DNA of 64,000 bases from Ramazzottius varieornatus. Taxonomy: Eukaryota; Animalia; Tardigrada. A program made the translations under genes and the position numbers. The notes beneath the pieces were generated by a model, which was not told where the DNA came from, did not search any database, and saw only the letters and a program-made list of their open reading frames with translations. Where the stretch lies: contig BDGG01000001.1 in assembly GCA_001949185.1 (NCBI GenBank), positions 758,128 through 822,127 on the forward strand. Reading direction: 5' to 3'. Of the stretch, positions 1 through 11,733 are shown in pieces; position 1 is the stretch's first letter; each line of letters opens with the position of its first letter.

Positions 1-778
1 TCTCCGAGTCTGAGCAGCATGTGTGATTCTGTAATGCAGGCGGAGCGTTCAAGCCAATCTTCATGGCTTGTTAAATGCATCGAGAGAAAAGTCTCAGCAG
101 CTAACTTGACCATATCATCGCGATCGTTATGGCATACATACACGGGCACATACCTAGGCATCTTGAAGTTTAAATTTATGCATGCCAGAGCGATGGTGAT
201 AAACTCGAACAAAGACCGGCTCCATACATGGCACACTTACCGTTCGATCTCCGAGTTCGACACCGACCCAGGATAAAACATGTCGACCACCATTTTTGCA
301 CAGGTCAATTTGATATTCGACACTCGAAAGTCCGTTCAGCGCTGGGCGATCATAAGTCTTCAACAACAAGAAAAGGGTTCGACACTCACTACAAAACTGT
401 TGTGATGTTCGAACTGTGCTGTTTAGTGCTACTGTCAAGATTTCGATGTACGCAAATTTTCCTACCGAGTAGAGCTGGTTCAATTGATTTTTGCTCCCGC
501 CTGCCGCCAGCCATAACACAAGGCCGCATGTTCCGAGATACTTGACACTTTGTGCAACGTACTGTCTGCCGTTGATACCCACGGTACGGTGAAAGTGAAG
601 TGAGGAATGAAATTACTCACTCGTACTTGCTGCCCATAAATGGACCCTTCATCTACGTCATCGCGAAGTACTGTACAAGTTACAAGCGTGAAGCAACCCG
701 TCTCGCAAGCAACGGTACCATAAACGGTTTTTCAAGGCCCTGCCACGTTCCCAAATCGTGAGTCGCAACACATAGAGT

Positions 779-2432
779 CCCCTGGAAAAATGTCCCCTTT
801 GGCTTCCACCGCCACCCCACATTACCGACGTTTGCCGCTTCCAGGGTATAATTCAGCCAGGAAACAATATGGGACCAGATGATCCCACATTGATCCACTT
901 CTGGATACGCACTGAAAGCCAAAGGTGGATCGTAGCGCAAGGATGAGGTGGTTTAATGTGGGACAATCCCATATTGGCGCCGCGATGAAGTCTACGGCGG
1001 TCCGCCGATGAGACAACATCATAAGAGCTTCTGATTAAGGTACCGATATATAGCGATAACCTATCTGGTAGAGCTTCTGTTCCATACCCCGATCACTTTC
1101 GAACCTGTTTCTTGAACGCGTATTACTCATGTTCATATCCATAACGATATAACATAACGATGAACAACAAGGGAGGCTGGGTACTTCGAATTAATTCAAG
1201 ACAATTTAAGAATGCTAGAACCAGCTAAAATTTCAAATGGCTCAGAAAGAGCTCTACCAAGAACTGAGACGCTTAGAAAAACAGTCGACTGAAATTGCCG
1301 GTTCTTTACAGGAACTACGCTCTATTATCATCGTCGCTGCTGTTATCGAGAGACAGAATGCGTTTGCCGGTCTTCGGAAGTTTGACGAAGCGACCGTCGG
1401 CGTTCAGCTTCAGAATTTTGTTGACCTTCGCCATCTGTCCCTTGTCACCAGCCTTGGTCACGAACTTTGACTTTCATTTCCGTTTGCGTGAACCTTCTTC
1501 CTCTTGCCCACAAATGTCCAATTCGGTATCGCTAGATTCCAGGAAGGATGATCCGGCGTATTGGGTCAGGTACTCGATCAGCGGGATGTGTTCTTTTATA
1601 GTTTCAACCAGCTTGTACTGGTTTCTTGTTTCTTGTCTCATCAGCTCAGTCATCTATCCATTCATGGCATTCAGAAACAGGGTCTTGTCAAGCTCGCACG
1701 ACGCCATCTTGAATTCTCTCTCGAGAAAAACTGGAAATAAAGAATGGTAAGTCTCGTCGGACGGTTCGAACCAGTGGCAGAATCTTGCCAGCTTGCTGCT
1801 GGTATACGAGGTGGTAGTCGTAAAGAGTTCGCTTGTTNNNNNNNNNNNNNNNNNNNNNNNNNNNNNNNNNNNNNNNNNNNNNNNNNNCGCAACAAGCAAA
1901 CTCTTCAAATGGCTTAGGACTGTGGGCCCAATAGGACTGGAGCGTGTAGTCAGACCATACCATGTTATTCAATATGGGATACATGACGTCATGCACAACA
2001 GGTGGCAGCACTGTATACTGGGTTCACCGTTGTTAAGGAGGGAGATTAGGCTGTGGCTCTCAAAAAGGTCCCAATGTGGGATTCGTGACCTAGTAAAATG
2101 AGCGTGGTCAATTAGGCATTGGATTAAAAGGGTTTCAATGGGGGAGCTGGTGAGGCTGGGAGTACTTCGGAAATCAATATGGGGACTCTGACGTCACCAA
2201 ATCGGGTCACCCAATGCAATGTGGGATTTACAGCGCAGCAACGAGGGTTGAAAACAATATGGGATCAGGCTGGAGAGAAAAATGCGGAAGAAAATTCAAT
2301 ATGGGATGATAAAGTGTCTATTGTGGTCGCAAGGTGGCAGGAAATCAATGTGGGATCGCTGGACGGCATACCGCGTCCCACATTGATGTCCACGCCACTG
2401 CCACTGTATCCAGGTCCGACTTTTCCATGGGG
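779..2432. mobile_element. Putative decayed DNA transposon (CACTA/EnSpm-like) with subterminal CAATRTGGGA repeats
   Basis: Imperfect inverted ends CCCCTGGAAAA (779) and TTTTCCATGGGG (to 2432). The 10-mer CAAT(A/G)TGGGA clusters at 865-976 and 1970-2385 in both orientations. Interior has a stop-interrupted minus-strand reading frame (~1320-2011) and a 50-N gap. Confidence 0.4.
1838..1887. other. Assembly gap (50 N)
   Basis: Run of n characters. Confidence 0.99.
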
Positions 2433-2486
2433 TATCTACCGTCCGTCCAAGAAAACTTAAGTTACGGTTACGCTGGTTCTCATAAA

Positions 2487-2959
2487 TATCTGGCCACCCC
2501 CTATCTTCATTCCACAATTCTCAACTTCATTCGCTCTGACCCGATTTCTGATAGTTCAAACGCCTCTGTTGAGCCCAATGTCTCATCTTCGCGAGCATCT
2601 AACTTGTTTCCGACCCAATGAACGAATCAACTGGATGTGCTCTACGCTGCTTGCGCTACAATGAAGAAATTTTTGCCTTCTCGTGGTCACGTGGTGTAAT
2701 ATATCAATCGATAGCTTGCTGTAACACGTGACCACGAGAAGGCATGTGCTTCTTCGTTGTAGCAGTTGGCTGCGTTCGACAGCACGGCGCCGAAAACGAG
2801 GTTGATCTGAGAATTTGTAGGGTACAGTACAGCCCTTCAATTAGCTGATTGGGTCACTCAAAAGTTACTTGCTCGCGAAGATGAAATATTAGGCTCTCCA
2901 AAAACGTTCGAAATGTCGAAGTCGGGTGAGCGCGAATGAAGATAGGGGGTGGCCAGATA
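2487..2959. mobile_element. Foldback MITE
   Basis: Perfect 26-bp terminal inverted repeat TATCTGGCCACCCCCTATCTTCATTC (2487-2512 / 2934-2959). Nested internal inverted pairs: TCATCTTCGCGAGCA / TGCTCGCGAAGATGA and TCGTGGTCACGTG / CACGTGACCACGA. TA at both ends. Confidence 0.85.
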
Positions 2960-3142
2960 AATATATGCATAGTGAACCGATGAGACAAAATTAATCGAGC
3001 CTAACGCGACCAGCCGCAGCGTGGCGCTGCGGCGTCCGGTCGTAATAGAATACGAGGTCCAGTGTATAAAGAGAAGTCTTACTAACTTTCAAAAAATTCT
3101 CAGGTGTCACGGGAAAAGAATGGCGAATAGACTCCAAAAACA

Positions 3143-6100
3143 TCAGTAACTTCGAGGTCTTGTGCGAGTCTGCGGTACTGTAAGAACTCCAAGTACCATA
3201 TGTCCGTTGCTGGGTCGCCGGTCGCATGGGGAGGTCGTCCGTACACGCATAAGCGGGGCTCCTGGTGAGGCATGATTTCCTACCGTTATCCGTCTGGTGT
3301 TTGCCAATGGTGTCATCGCTACGAAAAGACGGAAAGCTTCGAAAGTCGAATGCTTTTTTGAACTGACGAGAAGTGACATCGTACCCGCTGCATCATTAAC
3401 GTTGTGGTACGATTTGGTGCTGTCCCGCCTGGCAATACAGCACTTCGCATGGCCGTCCAGCGTCATGTAGATCACTTTTGCGTACTTCCTCCTGAATTCC
3501 ATGGAAAGGTAGACATGGAGCACTGGTGTCAGGAAGCTGTTCAGCGGTAGAATCAAGATGGCGAATATTGAGTGCAAATGATCTGCAAACGGAAAACCAA
3601 TATTGAATTCCGGACCAAGAGTTCTCTGAGTCGGACTTACTGTTGATATCGAAAGACGTGAAGGCCAGTATTTTGATCAGAATTAGCGGCAACCATCCGA
3701 TCAAGTTGACCGTGATGATGATCCAGAACCTCTTCGCGACAGCCAGATCAGCCCTCACTTCGGGTAAGATTGCCCCTTCCAGCTGCTTCGCCACGAAAAG
3801 TTTAGTCTTCACCACGCAGAAGACCGTGATGGCCAAGGAAGCAAAGTAGACGCCAAAAAATAAGAGGGAGGAGTACCACCAGCCGTGCAGGAAGGGCTCG
3901 TCAAGGTACAGCGGCAGACACATGCCGTTGTTGCCGTAGAAGCTACCGGTCACGTCGTCCCAAATGGGTACTGGGATACCCAGTAGCATTAGCATGGTTA
4001 GCCAGATGGCACTGATGAGAATAGTGCAACCGCGACTACTGAGATGGCTGTGGGGACTTTGGGTGATGCAGATACAGCGGTCGACCACGATGACGCACAG
4101 AGTTATCAGTGAGACGAACACGGAGAACGAGGCTACCGAAGCAAAAAACTCAATAATTCAAAACGCACGTATTCAAAATCTTTGGAGGAGACTGCCGAAC
4201 AGAAAATTGTCAAAAGTGTTGCAACCAAAAAGAGATTTTATATATTTCGGATCTACGTCTTCAATGTTTCCAACTGCAGTGTTCCCTATTTTTCTGCCAA
4301 TGCGGTAGTAAATTCAATTCACGTTATTGTAAATTAGTTCTGCAGCTCTCCTACGATGATCGGCGGCAGTCTCTAACGATCACTGAAAAATTAATCGTCG
4401 TAACATTATTTACCGAGCATGCCAGCCGCCTGGCATGCAAAGCCATGGAGCCATTCGTACGCGACACGGTGATAATTCTCCCGGTAATGAATATCATAAA
4501 GGGCAATGATGAGCAAGTAGGCAGCCATTAGCGCATTAGCACCTGAAAACGACAAACAAACTGAGATTAATCGAGCCATTCCGCTAACATTCTCTGACGG
4601 ACCGTACCGAAGACGTTGCACAGTAGCTTGCACATGACATCCATGTCGTGCCGATGAAATCGTGCTGAAGGTACTTCCTCGAACAGGGGCTCGTTGGCCT
4701 GAATACAGCAGCGAGCAAGAAGAACGAAGAGGTTGGCGAGAGGCACAATAGCGATGAGAACCCACATCAGGGTGCGGGTGTGGGTCAGCTCAATCAGGTT
4801 CTCCGAGGAAGAGATCCCGTCAGACTTCGGATAACAATCCACAATATGGGCAGCTACAAAGAGGAAGCTTTGGAACTCATGCTTCAAGTACAAAGTCAGG
4901 GATATTTTACCGTAATAGCAGTAGTGAAACTTTGAGAATATCCTGTGAAGAGATAATTGTAGAAAAAAATGCCTAAATGACATATTCCTTCAGCTGACGT
5001 ACACCAGTGCGTTATTTGGTATGTCGTCAAACATTTCACGGTGGATGTTGGAAATCAATATTCCCGAGAGGTTTCTGGAAACAGATGAACTTTTGTATCA
5101 CAGATGCGCAATCTAAAGTCTGTGGCAATAGACAGTCTTACAAACGGTCAAGCCTGTTGAGACCTTTGAAAATGTCCATGGGGAGACTTTTGATGCCTGG
5201 ATTGTGGGACATGTTTCTACGAGCAACAACAGGTGGGAGATCAGACCAACGAGATTATCGTCAGTTCTCTCCAGCTTGATGTACTTACAGAAATTGTAGG
5301 TTGTGTAGCGGGGCAAACAGTTTTTCCGGAAGTACCATCAAGGAATTATTCGACAGCGACCTGTAAAAGCAGAAAAACCGAATGGCCGGATGCGCTCTTA
5401 GATTGGTATCACGAATATATCGTACAATTCTTCCAGATTTGGCGTCGAGACAAACGTGTCCTCATCGCACCTCTCGATGACATTGTCAGAAAGGTCGCTG
5501 CAGCAGAAAACCGAAACCGTACACGGATCAAAAATCTCCTCGTTTGGGAAAAGCAAGCTTACAGGTACAACAAAGAACTTAGTCCAGCCAGTTTTGCTTT
5601 TGTCAAGGACCGAATAACGTTTTTTTCCAGTTCCCTGCGAATAGATTCGTACTACAAAGGGTAACCTCGGCTAATTTGATCCACAGTGCCTACACTTACA
5701 GATAATAAAGATCTCGTAGCTGGTCGAACATGCCGGGTTCTAAGGAAATTTTGTTGGACTTGAGATCCCTATGAAAAGAAAACGCAAGTTACTTGACGGC
5801 TTTCGACAAGCTCTGAAACTCGGTAATCCAGCACACAGGACTTACAGCCAGCGTAGCTTCGTGTTGTTGAAGCTGTGGGGTTCCCAGTTTTGAATAACAT
5901 TGTGACCCAGCCACCTGTAGAACAAACGCATCTGTCTTCTGTCGGTGGCCGACGATGCGATATGATATGGCACAACATGTACCGACTCACAGGAAACATA
6001 GGTTTTTTAGCGGCCAGAAAACTCGAGGATCGATGCGAGACAGTTTGTTCTGGTCCAAATGTCTAGATTCAGAAACAGAACAAAAGCTCGAGTTCCCGGC

Positions 6101-7093
6101 AGGACACATTCCCAGTTTCAGCACCATCCTACGTACAAACGTCGAAGTCTGGATAGTCCGTTGAAGGCACGAACGTTGAGACCAGAGATCGAGTTCTGTC
6201 GGAAATCCCTACGGAACGCAAAAGCGAAACGTTATGCTCGGGAAATTTCGTTGTCGACCGCGGTTAATTATCTGCACAAAAAAAGGTACGTAGTTCTCGT
6301 ACAGATGTCGCATATTGGGTAACATCCGAAAGGTATCTTCCTGGATAAATTGTATCCGATTATGAACGAACGAGCTGTAAAGAGCAAACCGTAGTTTTTT
6401 CCCTCGTTGATTCGAGGGATGATCCCATCTTACTAGATTGGGGCTTCGGGATCGGCAGTCTCATTCGTGAAGGTAAAGATCTGCGTCAGCGACAGGTTGT
6501 CACATCGAACCCGGTTGACCATGCACGTACATCTTTTCGGGAATGCCTTCACGACTGAAAAGGGAAGAGCCAAGATTAGATACTCACTGAGTTCCAAAAT
6601 TGAGTATTCTTACAGCACTTTACTCCTTGCTGTCCCACATGGTCCTGGATTACTGTCCCCGGCGGCATCAGTGGTTCTGGCGCCATACAACCATCTTCTT
6701 TGGACGCATCGGCTATCCGACGAAGGAAATGGCGTCCAAAACCAGAAGTTTTCTCTCCGCAGTATCGAACGTCTTCGTCGTCCCCTTCTGGACAGTCTTT
6801 TATCTCATCGCACCTTTGGCAAGTAGCGCACCATAAACCCATGCTTGATCGGGGAAGACGCTCGATCTTCATCGCCTGGGAAGTTTTTCCACTATTTACC
6901 GGGTAAAGGCAATACGAACTTACCAATAACGTTGGGCAAGACATTTTGAAGACATGGTACAGGGAAATTCGCCGGTTGGACATTGATGGTGCTGAAATCT
7001 GATCAGTCCTTCCACCGCCATCGCAATGCGAGACCTGACTATTATGACTTGCAGTAGGAAGGAAGTCCACGATGTTCCATGCATATCCCGCAT
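3143..7093 (-). CDS. Type C LGR / relaxin receptor (RXFP1/2, LGR3/4)-like GPCR, multi-exon
   Basis: Signal-like N-terminus (Met at 7093 or 7084). Spliced LDLa CPTGEFPCTMSSKCLAQRYW|CDEIKDCPEGDDEDVRYC, LRR N-cap FPKRCTCMVNRVRC, several short LRR exons (5.0-6.3 kb) and hinge FSKFHYCYY..HIVDCYPKSDGISSSENLI. 7TM with FYGNNGMCLPL, AKRF..WLP and ILILPLNS. GT-AG introns; stop at 3143-3145. Confidence 0.92.
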
Positions 7094-7419
7094 TTTCCTC
7101 GGGTGTTCCAGTAAAACAAAACGTGCAGCGAACGTTCCCACCAGGTCAGTCAAATGATTTCGGCCAGGTTCAGTCTAATGTTATCCTGATGGTTTCTTAC
7201 GTTCTGCTTGCAATATTTTTCTATAAGACGGGATATATGCAGCTTCGATAATGACGGTGGTGCTTTCAAAAGAACGAGGTATTTTGTATAGCGGAAGCAT
7301 AATTACCAGTCTAGTAGAACAGTTTGACGCACAATAAAAAGCCAGCGTGACTATAGTGAAGCTGCAACCGGCGTCGATAAATTACGCTTCACAACATTTC
7401 AAACCTTCACATTATGCTA

Positions 7420-7522
7420 CAGTATACAAAATGAATTTCGATCGTTAATCACGTGGTCTTATATTATCAATCATAATGACGGGAATCACGTGACCACAGG
7501 TGGGAATGCATTTTGTACACTG
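7420..7522. mobile_element. Very small Tc1/mariner-type MITE
   Basis: TA|CAGTATACAAAATGAATT ... AATGCATTTTGTACACTG|TA: near-perfect 18-bp inverted ends flanked by TA. Confidence 0.55.
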
Positions 7523-7899
7523 TACAACCTCTTATGAGGACAGCGACATCAAGTTTGCACCATGTGATGTCTGTATGATTTAAGAATCATATTCCACTGA
7601 ACTCTTGATCCGAAGCCGAACGAGAACCATTTCGACATTACTTGAACCAACGCCAAGGAATCCAAATATTAATTCTTACATTATCGACGTCACTTCTCTG
7701 ACAGCCTGATGACAGAAGGGAAAACAAACAGCAAGAATCAAAATATAAAGACCATGATGTAGTGGTTTTCCAAATTTCCACCTTTGACCACCAATATTCA
7801 AATCGAAACCGGTCAGAAGCATTATTGTATGAGTGAAGCAGTAAACATCCCTGTGACAGTACAACGCTTACGCAAACTATGACGTTACAAAGCTTCACC

Positions 7900-8404
7900 T
7901 CTCCAGTCTGCGTCAGGCCATCTAAAAGTCTTTTGAGTTGATCAAATTCTCGGCGTCCTTCCGGATTTTCAACCGTTTCTGCGGAACAAAAAGATTTTGT
8001 GAGTTCTTCTGACTGTGTTTTGACAGACTACACGTTTTATTTGGCAAAACGAATGTGGGCACATGGGTACCATAAATCGGGATTTCTCATCGCAAGCTAA
8101 CGGCATTTCATCTGCGTCGTTGAAGCAGTCTTGTGGTGATCCCTGCGGTCTTTTCTTTCCAGCGCCGTATTCGCATAATTTGGCGATTGGAAGAGCTGTC
8201 AGGATCTTCTTGGAGTCGTCCGTGTAGGGCTTGGTGGGACAGTAAAATACATCAGGTCGAGACTCGTCCAAGACGATATCGCTGTTTTCCGACATACAAA
8301 AAGCCACCTGTCGATGCAAACCATTCTTGATGACATTGGCTGCTTTCCGCAAGATGATTTCCACTCACCGTAATGAGTACTGGAAGGACAAGGAACGATT
8401 GCAT
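7900..8404 (-). CDS. Small secreted protein with a degenerate LDLa module (prohormone-4-like); 3' end uncertain
   Basis: Exon 8404-8369 (MQSFLVLPVLIT) splices in phase 0 via a 61-nt GT-AG intron (8368-8308) to VAFCMSENSD..., forming a signal peptide. Then FYCP...LPIAKLC...PQDCFNDADEMPLAC. Upstream non-coding exon with a donor near 8480. Confidence 0.6.
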
Positions 8405-11400
8405 CGCAGTAGCCTGGAATGCAAAGGTGCGGAACAAAGAAGCTTAATGTTCTGTGATAAAGCCAATCAATCGTTCTTACTGTTTGCTCCAAAATAATCA
8501 ACTAACAGCAACGAGGATAAACGGTTAATTGGGCAACGGCTGAAGAAGCTTCCTTGCGCTAAAGGGTTAATACTACGGAATTCCAAGTACAGAGGTGTAA
8601 GCAATGATTTACAGTAGCTTGAACTCGCACTTTACTTCGGCATGGTAGCCGCCGTGAAATGCAACAGGTGTCCGCAGTTAGAGAGCGATTCGTCAACAAC
8701 GCCACCATGCATGAGCAGTCAGTCGAGCTTGATTGAGCAGCATGCATACCCTAAAGCGTTGTTTCCGCTTGCAGTTAAACGACGTTTCTCATTGTGTCTC
8801 ATATTCAGAACAATAAAATTTAATATGAAGAAAGTCTTAACCGGATGCGGACAGAAGGCATAAACCGCTGGAAGTTTCAAAATCGTCGCGCCGTGAATTC
8901 ATCTACAGTATCTGGCTGCAAGGAACAATCGGGAGAAATACTTCAACCTGTTTGGAAAGAATTTTGTTTTTTAAGGTTATAGGGTTAGAATTAATGGGTT
9001 GATAGTTCCCATGAGGGAGATGTGTTGAGTCTTGATCGTGAACGTCGATTGTCAAATTCTTATTCCCAGCTACGGATGCCGCTACGCTGTCACTCAGACT
9101 ATGGCCGACAACCGCAAAAGATCCTCCCGAACGGCGCACGTTAAGGAAAGGTCGAGAAGGCAGTCCTGGGCTTTAGTTGATTGCCCCGCTGAGCTTCTCC
9201 CCATGGCTAAGGACGTCGTGCGTGCGCGCTATTGGTACATAGATGTATCATGTGACCAACTGATCCTCATTATTCGAAATGATAATCCACACCTGCAAAA
9301 TGAGGCAGGATACAACAAACAAATACTAAACAGAAATTTCCTGTAACGAAATTTTCCTTCTGCTTTATCACTCAGAGGATTGTGGGTTCGATCCTTGCAA
9401 GTAGCAGATTTTGACGCCTTTAAAATAAGAATGTATTAAAATTCGGTCAAAAACCCCATCTTCTGCGCGGTTGCATAGGCCAAATTCGCCATTCAGCCAC
9501 CAGGTTTGTAACGCTGGTACGCCAACGAAGGGAAAGTTAGGAGCAGTGAAACGTTGGGATCAGATGGTTTCGAAAAAGCGGGACTGAAGTAGGTACGTAC
9601 GTACATGCGCAAGTCACATCAATGCAGTTTGTACCAATTTTCTGTGGTAGAGTTTCGTGTTTGTCGTCTTTTCCACATAGGCTCCCGACCGGGCAGAATC
9701 TCACGTATGTCAAGATGTGCCTAAGGCTAAACATGACATAACACGGGCTGTTTTGGTCGAAATCGGAACGGCTAAAACTCTCCCACTTTCCGAGCGAAAG
9801 CTCTTTATTTTGAAAATTAAATTTCCATCGATGGCTCTCCTTGTTTCTATCCTTCATCTCGAACGGTTTATCTTGCTTGTTATGAGCTCTGCGGCATACT
9901 TTTCCACGAGCTCTCCGAATGCCGAAGGCTGTCCGTCTGCTGTAATGTACCCAACAACCATGAATAGTCGACGGAGAGAGTCATCTTCTTAGCTAGAAAA
10001 TGTTCTCCTGCTCATATCCCAGCCTACAATGGTCGGATTAAATCCATCTAGATGTCGAACTCTAGCTTGAGACTAGTTCTTAATTCTACGAACTGGATGG
10101 GGGAAAGGAAATTTGAGGGAAGAAGTTACGCTGGTTCAACTATCAGCCATTTTCCGTCTTCCGGTGGCGCATGGTGTTATCGGAAAAGCAGACATCAAAC
10201 TGAACGATGATTATTTTGGGAAAAAATTGTCTGTCACGGCTAAGTTTTAACTTCCATTCTTGGCTGTGAGGAACTTTCGCCTACGTTTGAGGCTCGAGTT
10301 AGCGAAATCTTTCCACCTTTCAGGTCGACACGTCTGTGAAGCAATGTCGTCAAAGCGTGTAGTTCTTCGGTGCGGCGCGTTGTGACGGTTATCGAATCGA
10401 GGCCTAAATTTCACTGCGAACGTGGAACGGTTGAATCTCTGTCCAGTGCTCGTTAGTTGCCTTCTGAACGCCAGCCGATCCTGTCTAATTTCGCAACTCC
10501 CAACGCCACTTGCAGGACTTGACTGGACAAAGAAGGCATCGTACTTCGTAGTGCTCCAAACTTCGCGTTCGTGTGTGCACCGGTATCAGAAGTTTGCTGA
10601 ATGATTGAAGATTGATTTACGAGTATTTGACCAGTTTTCTCGGGCTTACTTTTGACCGGGTCAATCAGTGGAAACGGTCTTGCCCCTGGAAAATACTAAT
10701 GTGTAAAACAGCGGGGGAATGGCAATGTTTGGCCTGCATCATAGCTGCTCGATAAATGTGCGAAACGAGGCTCGGGAAAGCTGATTTTTGGTTGATCGAT
10801 ATATCTTATTAGGTTGATCAAATGTCGGTTGATAGTTTTGCCAAACGATATTCCCACAGAGTACCCTTCCTTGCGCAACAGTTAACGAGAAAGACGATGA
10901 CCTTATCCCCAAATCGGAGAAGGGCATAAGGCATTCGGAATTCCGTATGCGGACAGTAGCTACCGCACACACCAAACCGCAACAGCACCTCTGAATACAG
11001 AGTGCCGTCATCCCATTACCTTGTCTTGTCCTTCGTAAATACCCGCTCATCAGTTGACCAATCTTTGGGTCTTATCGTATGCTTTTCAATTCAACAAGAA
11101 GCTAGCTTGCAGCTGAAGGACAAGTACTGTGACATGACTTAAGGACGGTACGTGGTACGGTCTTTGCAGTCGATGACATCGGTGCGAACTAGAAATTTCG
11201 TGAACAACATTGTGAGTGTACGAGGTAAAACAAGTGGAGTTGCTTGTCCACAAGGGAAGTAGAGAGAATAAACGCAGCTCCAACTCTCTCTGCTTCTCTT
11301 GTCGACAACTCCGCTATGCGATTTCACGGGGAGAACTCCGCTAGTTTTACCTCGTAGTCCAAAAGTCTGATCCTCAAGTAAAAAAGCGCTCTCGAACAGG

Positions 11401-11550
11401 GCCAGGTATCGCAGATAACGCGCCATTTTAAGTGGAAGCCCGACCCCTGCTCGTCAAGGTTGTATCTGCACTTCCGCTACTGGGATTTGCCGTAGCAGCT
11501 CAATCCAGAGCTTGCTTCACCAGGCGGAGCAGCGGCATTCGCTGACGGTA

Positions 11551-11733
11551 CAGTGTACGCCAGTATGGTCACCCCAATCTGGGCGTTGGAAGGGTTACCC
11601 AATTGAACGCTGACATATTGATAGCTGTAGCCTTCTGATTACTGAATTGCAATCAGCTGTTCATCTACGTCATGCAGGGAAACCACGCCCAAAAACTCCG
11701 CCCAATTTAGGGTGACCATATTGGTGTACACTG
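11551..11733. mobile_element. Tc1/mariner-type MITE
   Basis: TA|CAGTGTACGCCAGTATGGTCACCC ... GGGTGACCATATTGGTGTACACTG|TA: inverted ends of ~24-35 bp with TA duplication. Confidence 0.85.

Noticed and set aside
1654-2101. ORFs spanning the N gap
   Set aside because: Their lengths and frames are artefacts of translating through unknown bases.
2072-2385. CRISPR-like appearance of short repeats with unique spacers
   Set aside because: The repeat is only 10 bp, spacing is irregular at the ends, both orientations occur, there are no cas genes and the context is eukaryotic.
5233-5664. 143-aa plus-strand ORF
   Set aside because: Antisense to LGR LRR exons and introns; no recognisable features.
7676-7864. 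RDVYCFTHTIMLLTGFD resembling the prohormone-4 C-terminus
   Set aside because: I could not reach this frame with in-phase splice sites from the LDLa-like exon, so the similarity may be chance.
7969-8404. Upstream LDLa-like exon as an extra N-terminal domain of the LGR (GRL101-like)
   Set aside because: The LGR has its own Met and signal-like sequence at 7093/7084 and no in-frame exon chain links the two; not fully excluded without cDNA.
9365-9410. tRNA/SINE-like B-box GGTTCGATCC
   Set aside because: I could not build a cloverleaf or find a convincing A-box.
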